64,000 nt of DNA, taken from IMG/VR virus record IMGVR_UViG_3300025529_000005. One strand, written 5' to 3'. The DNA comes from an uncultured virus (IMG/VR IMGVR_UViG_3300025529_000005). Its lineage: Duplodnaviria > Heunggongvirae > Uroviricota > Caudoviricetes. Under the pieces are notes generated by a model. The model searched no databases. It was not told the origin of the DNA and was given only the letters and a program-made list of their open reading frames with translations. Shown one piece after another: positions 58,047-64,000 of the stretch; the stretch's first letter is position 1; each line of letters opens with the position of its first letter. Position numbers and translations under genes: made by a program.

Positions 58047-58407
58047 TCATCACCGCCAGTAATGCCGCTTTGCAACGTTGTTCCGGTGTGGCGTGGATAA
58101 GCATGCACATTTTTCGAATGTCCGATATGTCCTGAACTTGACTATATCCGAATACAACTGATGCCAGTGCGTGGACATACATCGAAGGGTCTTTCTCGAT
58201 TACTTTTGTTTCGGCTTCAAACGCTGCGGCTATGTCGGTGGAAGGTTTAAAATCCTTTACCAATCCCTTATGGCGATGAGTATTAGGATTGATTTCTTCC
58301 CACCAATCGGTCTTTAACCAGTTCGTTTTCCACCCCATCACCTTTTCAGCCACCAACGCATCCAGTTCCCGTCCCGGCTTCATGTTCATGATCTCTTCAC
58401 GTGTCAA
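58021..58407 (-). CDS. phage ABA-sandwich-like protein
   Basis: GRELDALVAEKVMGW...PSTDIAAAF...CKAALLA. Confidence 0.8.
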   Translation of the reverse strand: MTREEIMNMKPGRELDALVAEKVMGWKTNWLKTDWWEEINPNTHRHKGLVKDFKPSTDIAAAFEAETKVIEKDPSMYVHALASVVFGYSQVQDISDIRKMCMLIHATPEQRCKAALLAVMNGEDETHD

Positions 58408-58664
58408 AACTCACACCTCCCGCTCGGACAGTCGTTGCCGTAGACGGTGGATTCGTCCAGTCGCTTTTTCCACATTTGCTCGAACCGGTCTCGCTCTACT
58501 TCAACGATCTCGCCGTCTTTTAACCGTCTGATCGTAACCTTATCGTCCGTAACATCTTTGATTAACACATCCGCATATTGTCCTGGACTATGAGTAGCAT
58601 ACACACGGTATGTTTCACCAATGTTCATTCCGACTCCACCTCTATCAATTTTTCTAAGTACCAT
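58404..58664 (-). CDS. hypothetical protein with DESTVYGNDC tail
   Basis: ORF track. Confidence 0.6.
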   Translation of the reverse strand: MVLRKIDRGGVGMNIGETYRVYATHSPGQYADVLIKDVTDDKVTIRRLKDGEIVEVERDRFEQMWKKRLDESTVYGNDCPSGRCEF

Positions 58665-58942
58665 CTTGCTTTTCGCAGATCATCCACTCCGTTCTTCCGC
58701 TTCCACCGCCACACGTACTTAATCACATTGCCCGTGCACACGGCTTCGATGCCCTCGAGTCCCACCGTCGCCGCCTCAATCGCGTCGATACACTCCACCT
58801 TTCCTGCGGTGTAGTGCGCCGGGCGATTGATGATGTCGGGGCGTTCCCGGCACTCGTGCTTTTGTAATTCAAGCGGGTTCCGGGCCCCAAATCCGCAATC
58901 AGCGCAAACATACATCGTTTCTCGATTGGTCATGCCTCGCAC
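58625..58942 (-). CDS. DUF3310 domain protein
   Basis: INRPAHY...ECIDAI...GNVIKYVWR...DLRKARWYL. Confidence 0.9.
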   Translation of the reverse strand: MRGMTNRETMYVCADCGFGARNPLELQKHECRERPDIINRPAHYTAGKVECIDAIEAATVGLEGIEAVCTGNVIKYVWRWKRKNGVDDLRKARWYLEKLIEVESE

Positions 58943-59103
58943 CTCCCGCTACGACAGTCCATCCCGTACACACTCGTCTCATCAGCTACCACCGCCAGTT
59001 CTGCGAATTGCTGCAGGATCATTTCCCCTTCCCCTCCTTCTGCTTCTCTATCGACTTCCCCACATCTTCCGGCAGTAGCACCGTCAGCGTTTTGCGTACT
59101 TTG

Positions 59104-59433
59104 TCACCGGGTTTCATGTTCCAGTCCCTCCATCAATTGTTTCACTTCCTCCAACGACTCCACCCACACGGCCACAGCTCCGGCCTCGCGCCACTTCTCG
59201 AGTTCGTGCATCTGCAGTTTTGTTGGCTTCTCGCCTGGCCGTTTCACTTCGATCTCGATGTGCCGGCCGCGGTAACACGCCGTGATGTCCGGCGTCCCGG
59301 CGCCGCTGTACGCGCTGCCGTGGTTGTTTCGCGCTCGGCAGCCGGGGAGGCTGTTTAGGTACCGGAGGATAGATGATTGAATGGATGCTTCTCGTTTAGG
59401 CGCTTGAGTGCGATGCGCAGCCAATCCAACCAC
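59104..59433 (-). CDS. VRR-NUC nuclease
   Basis: GTPDI...IEVKRPG..PTKLQ. Confidence 0.88.
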   Translation of the reverse strand: MVGLAAHRTQAPKREASIQSSILRYLNSLPGCRARNNHGSAYSGAGTPDITACYRGRHIEIEVKRPGEKPTKLQMHELEKWREAGAVAVWVESLEEVKQLMEGLEHETR

Positions 59434-59798
59434 CTCGCCAGATACTTTTCTTTCATCTCGTCGTATTCAGCCTGGCTACTCCAGGCGACGCGCCCCGTCG
59501 GGTTGATGTCCGGCCGGAGCACCCAACCGCTTTTCCCCGCGCGGATCCGCGTACCGCCGCAGCGCATCCCGTTCAGCACGGCGCAGAATTCCGCCGATTT
59601 TTCCGCATCCAGCGGATGAAAGGTATGCGCGATCCGCAATAGTTCGTTCCACAGATGCGAGTCCTCGGCAAGATCCGGACGCGGGTCTTCGTAGATGGGC
59701 GGCGGTGTGTATGTTTGTTCTTTTTCCTCGGTCTTATCGGCTTTCAATTCGAGTTGTTCCCCGGTTGAATATTGAAAAATCAGTTGTTCGAGGCTCAA
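59355..59798 (-). CDS. hypothetical phage protein
   Basis: GAGGTGA RBS. Confidence 0.65.
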   Translation of the reverse strand: MSLEQLIFQYSTGEQLELKADKTEEKEQTYTPPPIYEDPRPDLAEDSHLWNELLRIAHTFHPLDAEKSAEFCAVLNGMRCGGTRIRAGKSGWVLRPDINPTGRVAWSSQAEYDEMKEKYLARWLDWLRIALKRLNEKHPFNHLSSGT

Positions 59799-59820
59799 CT
59801 AAGTCACCTCCGATGAGTAC

Positions 59821-60129
59821 ATGTCCACATGTCCACTTTTTTTATGAATTAGTGGACATGCGAACATGCCTTGTGTTTCAAGCTATTTCAGCGATTTATG
59901 TCCACTGTCCACTAATTGAAAAACATATACCCACTTATAGAAGATGTTGTGCTGTGAGGTTGTTAGGTTCCACTTCCTTACCAGAAACACATCTCGCGCG
60001 TTACGAGAGTATATTTTTATTTTTGTGGACATAGTGGACATAAATTTGATAGAAAGCCCGATTTCATCAGGTTTTCTACATGTCCACTAACTTAAATTTC
60101 AGTGGACATGTAGTGGACATAGTGGACAT
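59821..60129. repeat. iteron cluster, probable replication origin of prophage B
   Basis: About 11 GTGGACA(T)/(A)TGTCCAC copies in both orientations in AT-rich non-coding DNA after the Prim-Pol gene. Confidence 0.75.
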
Positions 60130-60134
60130 ATAGA

Positions 60135-62963
60135 CTAATCATCGAGGTCATCTTTAAAACGCGATCGTTTAATAGCAACAAAGTATTTCAATTCGCTTTT
60201 GGCGTATTCGCTGTGTCCCATTCGGACATACTCGCGAACTTTATACCGGACTTTACTTTCGCCATTCCTTTGTTCCGTCTTAATTACCCCAGTCTGTGCC
60301 CAATCCTTGAGAATCCGTTTCGGGTTAAACCCGACGTCCTTCATCGCCTTCTCGAAAACCACCGGGAAGATATAAAGCCAGTCGTCCGTCTTTTTCCCAT
60401 ACCAAACGTTCTGGATCGTATCACTGAACGCCGCAGAATTTGCGTCCGACCAGCTCATGATATAGTCGTAAGCCCGCAGCGCGTCGTCTGCCTCGCTCGT
60501 TTTTTCGAGCATTCCGAGGATCTCCTCGCCCATCTTCACGGTTTCCATAAAGGCGGTTGTTTCGTCCAAACCGAAAATCCACTGACTAGCGTAGAAATCC
60601 GCCAGCATGGCGATGGTAACCGCCGAGACGTGGCTGGAAAGGTTGTCCGGGAATTTCTTTTGCAGGACATCGAGAAACTGCTCATACCCGGTCAGCACCA
60701 TCTTCGGATCCTTGGACAACTCATCCATCAGCCGGCGGATAAACGCCACTCCGGCGGTGCCGTAGTGGTACACGATGCCGCGGTGAATCCTCTGCGCCGC
60801 AAGCTCGTCCGGGATCGGCGCCCCGTACACTTCCAGCGTGCGAGACTTCACCCCCGCTGTGCTGCTGTCCGTCGAAATCGGGTCCTCGCCAGTTGTCAGC
60901 ACGATCGTTTTCCACTGCTGATACTCCCGGATTCCGCCGCCTTTCGAACCGCGTGTCCGGCCTTTCCCCATGGAGAGCATATAAACTAAGGATTCGATGA
61001 AACTTTGATTCCTAGCCGCAACCTGTTGCTCGTCCAGTCCAATCGGCAGATCGTTATAAAATCCGGCGAGCTGTTCGATGCCGACCTTCGTTGTGTTAAA
61101 GTTCGCCATGATATCTTCCGGTCGCCCCCACACGGAGAGCGCGGCGACCATCGACGCCGTTTTTCCGCCGCGGGACCGACCGTAGACGTGGAAAATGAAG
61201 ATGCGCTGATTCACAAGTCGCATGAGCGGCGCGGCAAAGCTGCAGGCAAGCATGAACCTGGCGATCGGGAATTTGCGAATCGGCGCGATGAACGCCACCC
61301 AATCCTCCAACGTGCCGGCTTCGTGAAATCCGGAGAGTTGCTTTGCCATGTCGGGGTTGTCGACGATATAGTCGCCTTCCAGTCCCGGAAAAAAGTGCTT
61401 GGATCCGTACCACCCCATTCGGCTGACCGTTTTGACGAGCGGAATTTCCTGAATGTACGTCCGTTCAAACTCCTGGAGATAAGAGACAAAATATTTCGAC
61501 GTCTCGGAGTTGATCGGCACGTCCATCTTCCGCAGAATCGTCGCCTTGCTGCTCGTGAACGCCACGTCTGCGTCCACAATGGCACGCTGCCACTCATTGT
61601 CCCGCCACCAGGATAACTCGACACGCGCCTCATCGAGACCGCTGTCCACCCGTTTCAGCCGCTTGGTAATGAAGAGCGGTGCCGAGCAAATCTGAATGTA
61701 ATTGGGCCCTTCGTCGGTAAAAACGACCTTTGCGATGCCGCTTTCACTGATCATCCAGTCGCCGAATTTCCGAATCTCGAATGGAAACGGCTTGTTTTCG
61801 AGCCAGTCCGCTTTGATCGGAGGTGCTTCCTCGCCAGGCTGAACGACGCGAATGTTTTGCTGCTGCGCCTGCTTCTGTTTGACCGCGCGTTCCAGGTCAG
61901 GGATGCTGACGAGCCGGCCGGCGGCATCCTTGATTTCGCCTTTCAACCGCGCATATTCCGCCGCGTCACGTTGTCTGAGTACCGCCAGCGCGCCAATGAC
62001 CTCGTCGTCATAAATCGTTTCCCGCTTAGGTCCCCGCCTAAGCTCCCGAATCGCCGCGTCCACCGTGATTTTCGCGAGTACCAACGGGCTCGACACAAAC
62101 CCGATCGGCGCCTTGACGCCGCAGCCGCCCACCGGGCAGCCGGTGAATCCGAGATTATCCTGAATATACTGGCATGTGTGCGGTTCACCGTCCTGCAGGG
62201 CGTGCTCGATTTTTCGGTCCGTCTCCGCCGGCGAGTACCCGGGATACGGCCGGCTGAGCTCATGGATCAGTTCCCGCCCGCCATCCGCCCGCGCCAGATT
62301 CGAGATCATGGCGTACCATTCCGGTTCGCTGAGAGTCTCCGCATTATCCCGGCAGTGTTGGCAAAACGCGCAATTGTTCAGAATCACTTCCGCCCCGGCG
62401 CCGGGCTCATACTCGCGCTTCGGTTTTGGCGGCGGCGTTGGTTCGGGATCCTGTTTCTTTGTGAGCAGTTCCATCAACCACACCGGCGGATCGGCGGGCT
62501 CGGCGTCCTCGGGCGGAATTACCCATTCATACCGCCGCCCCGACGGATGGATCGACGGCGGCGCGACAATATATCCGCCGTCGCCGCGAAAATCGAGCCC
62601 CGGTTTTTTCCCGGCGAAGTTCCGCCACTCTCCACCGCCGGGATGCCGAAACAGATAGTGACGACCCTTCCCCGTGTTCGTGTGCGGTGTCCGCGGGATG
62701 TCGCTACCAGCGACTTGCTCAAGTGACCGCCGTCCGTCCTCACCGTCAACGTCCAGCACGACGATGCCGGATACCGCCCCTGTGGCGATGCCGATGTTTG
62801 CTTCCGGCCACTTTTCCCACCAGGAGCGAATTTCGTCCTCCGTCGCCCGGCGTTCCTGATATTCCTTCCATGAAGCGATCGCCGGCTTTTTGTCGCGGCG
62901 TCGGAGGGGAATCACACTCCATCCGAGCCGCGCGTATTCGAGTGCATGTTCAAGCATGTTCAC
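60135..62963 (-). CDS. bifunctional primase-polymerase fused to DUF927/helicase
   Basis: ANIGIATG, LDVD, HYLF, DFRGDGGYIVAPPSIH; GRSRGGKT. Confidence 0.92.
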   Translation of the reverse strand: MNMLEHALEYARLGWSVIPLRRRDKKPAIASWKEYQERRATEDEIRSWWEKWPEANIGIATGAVSGIVVLDVDGEDGRRSLEQVAGSDIPRTPHTNTGKGRHYLFRHPGGGEWRNFAGKKPGLDFRGDGGYIVAPPSIHPSGRRYEWVIPPEDAEPADPPVWLMELLTKKQDPEPTPPPKPKREYEPGAGAEVILNNCAFCQHCRDNAETLSEPEWYAMISNLARADGGRELIHELSRPYPGYSPAETDRKIEHALQDGEPHTCQYIQDNLGFTGCPVGGCGVKAPIGFVSSPLVLAKITVDAAIRELRRGPKRETIYDDEVIGALAVLRQRDAAEYARLKGEIKDAAGRLVSIPDLERAVKQKQAQQQNIRVVQPGEEAPPIKADWLENKPFPFEIRKFGDWMISESGIAKVVFTDEGPNYIQICSAPLFITKRLKRVDSGLDEARVELSWWRDNEWQRAIVDADVAFTSSKATILRKMDVPINSETSKYFVSYLQEFERTYIQEIPLVKTVSRMGWYGSKHFFPGLEGDYIVDNPDMAKQLSGFHEAGTLEDWVAFIAPIRKFPIARFMLACSFAAPLMRLVNQRIFIFHVYGRSRGGKTASMVAALSVWGRPEDIMANFNTTKVGIEQLAGFYNDLPIGLDEQQVAARNQSFIESLVYMLSMGKGRTRGSKGGGIREYQQWKTIVLTTGEDPISTDSSTAGVKSRTLEVYGAPIPDELAAQRIHRGIVYHYGTAGVAFIRRLMDELSKDPKMVLTGYEQFLDVLQKKFPDNLSSHVSAVTIAMLADFYASQWIFGLDETTAFMETVKMGEEILGMLEKTSEADDALRAYDYIMSWSDANSAAFSDTIQNVWYGKKTDDWLYIFPVVFEKAMKDVGFNPKRILKDWAQTGVIKTEQRNGESKVRYKVREYVRMGHSEYAKSELKYFVAIKRSRFKDDLDD

Positions 62964-63007
62964 GGTATCCCCTCCGACAAGGAGTGCGGCCGTTTGACCG
63001 CCTCACT

Positions 63008-63790
63008 TTATGCAATGTCTTCATCCGTGCTGGTTCCTGCCGTCTCCTGCACGTCGTAATCCGTCACATCGATCGTGACATTCCGCAGCACAGGCTTAAT
63101 GCCGGCGACGTATGCCTTCATGTGTTCGATTTCCTCTTTGGTCAGGTCTTTCACGCGGGTAAATACACCTTCGCTGTATTCGATGCCTCCGCTATTTTTC
63201 GCCTTTTGCAGTTTGATTTTGGTCACGACGCCATAAAACTTTTTCAGTTTGGATGTGAGATTGACCATATACGCATTCCATGCTTTGACGCTGGTTGGCG
63301 GGATTGTGATAATGAGTGGCAGGATTTCACCTTCCCTTAGCAGCGCCACACGCTTCATGTTTTTGCAGGCCTTGCCGTTCGTCTTGTTTCCGTTTTGATC
63401 CACGGCCGTGCCCCACTGGTTGAACGGACAGGTTGCACACTCCTGGCATCCTCCGGCCCACGGCACGTTCGCACCTTCCGGGGCAAAACCGATTTTGCCG
63501 TCCATCGACGTGCAATCCGGCGCGTTTCTCTCGCCATCGAAGCGTCTGGACCAGTAGGCGTTCGCGGAATGCTGATCCACCACGACGCCGACCAATTCCT
63601 TAGCTACGTCCGCTTCGTCCTCGCCAGGAATTTCAAAAGCGAGATTGCCGCCGCTGGGGAATTTTACTCGCGGAAAATCCGGCGTAATGCCGTCCAGATT
63701 TTCCATCATATATTCTTGGACTTCATTCGGCTGGGTCAAGATAGGAAGATTGATCGAAGGATTTACGATTGCAGGGAGATTGTTGCTCAT
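63008..63790 (-). CDS. putative phage ssDNA-binding/replication protein
   Basis: PDCTSMDG, CATCPFNQWG, GKACKN, acidic tail; upstream of primase. Confidence 0.6.
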   Translation of the reverse strand: MSNNLPAIVNPSINLPILTQPNEVQEYMMENLDGITPDFPRVKFPSGGNLAFEIPGEDEADVAKELVGVVVDQHSANAYWSRRFDGERNAPDCTSMDGKIGFAPEGANVPWAGGCQECATCPFNQWGTAVDQNGNKTNGKACKNMKRVALLREGEILPLIITIPPTSVKAWNAYMVNLTSKLKKFYGVVTKIKLQKAKNSGGIEYSEGVFTRVKDLTKEEIEHMKAYVAGIKPVLRNVTIDVTDYDVQETAGTSTDEDIA

Positions 63791-64000
63791 GGTTTGATTC
63801 GCTCCTTTGTGGTATTTTTTATCCGCGTCCTCTGCGGACAGCAATTTTTTGTTTTTGGTACACATTGAGCAGTTGCGCGAATTCTTCCGGCAATTCGCCG
63901 TTTTCGTCCAGCTCTTTATACAGTGACGTGAGAGACTGCGCGTTCACTTGCTCCTTAACCAAGTCACCGTAGCCGTTTTCCTTGAGCCACGCGAACGCCT

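Larger units (their letters stand above)
23865..64000. mobile_element. Prophage B (siphovirus; lysis-tail-head-packaging-early genes; continues right of window)
   Basis: Complete morphogenesis module plus its own Prim-Pol/DUF927 replication module. Confidence 0.85.

Noticed and set aside
59821..60129. Possible CRISPR array
   Set aside because: Repeats are only 8-9 bp, in both orientations, irregularly spaced, with no cas genes; fits iterons
60213..63340. Several long plus-strand ORFs
   Set aside because: Expected by-product of high GC opposite the Prim-Pol gene

Overview
The whole window is temperate-phage DNA of a Bacillota host; gene content suggests a Paenibacillaceae-like host, which is an inference. 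It is best explained as two related but distinct prophages in head-to-tail tandem. Prophage A (<1-~23,900) contributes its early half: accessory ORFs, SSB, ThyA, HNH, an overprinted three-frame C5 methyltransferase, RusA, dUTPase, a beta-clamp, DnaC/DnaD-type replication, an SNF2 helicase plus MTase, recombination genes, antirepressor, Cro/CI, ImmA and a tyrosine integrase. At 23,865-23,915 an isolated copy of the last 16 codons of glnA, flanked on both sides by TTTGGGGGC arm repeats, forms an attP-like junction. Prophage B (~23,900->64,000) follows in the same orientation: SOS-boxed WYL/YolD genes, a DUF3800 moron, lysis, siphovirus tail, head and packaging genes, a late regulator, accessory ORFs (partly near-identical to A's) and a different Prim-Pol/DUF927 replicon with an iteron origin. 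Most notable: a DUF3800 gene with a convergent structured ncRNA candidate, an Acb2/Tad1-like sponge candidate in the head operon, a Mom-like/phosphoesterase/kinase cassette, a four-copy promoter motif, a Cys-tail linker repeat, and an apparent +1 tail-chaperone frameshift. All family assignments are from motif recognition by eye; no searches were run.
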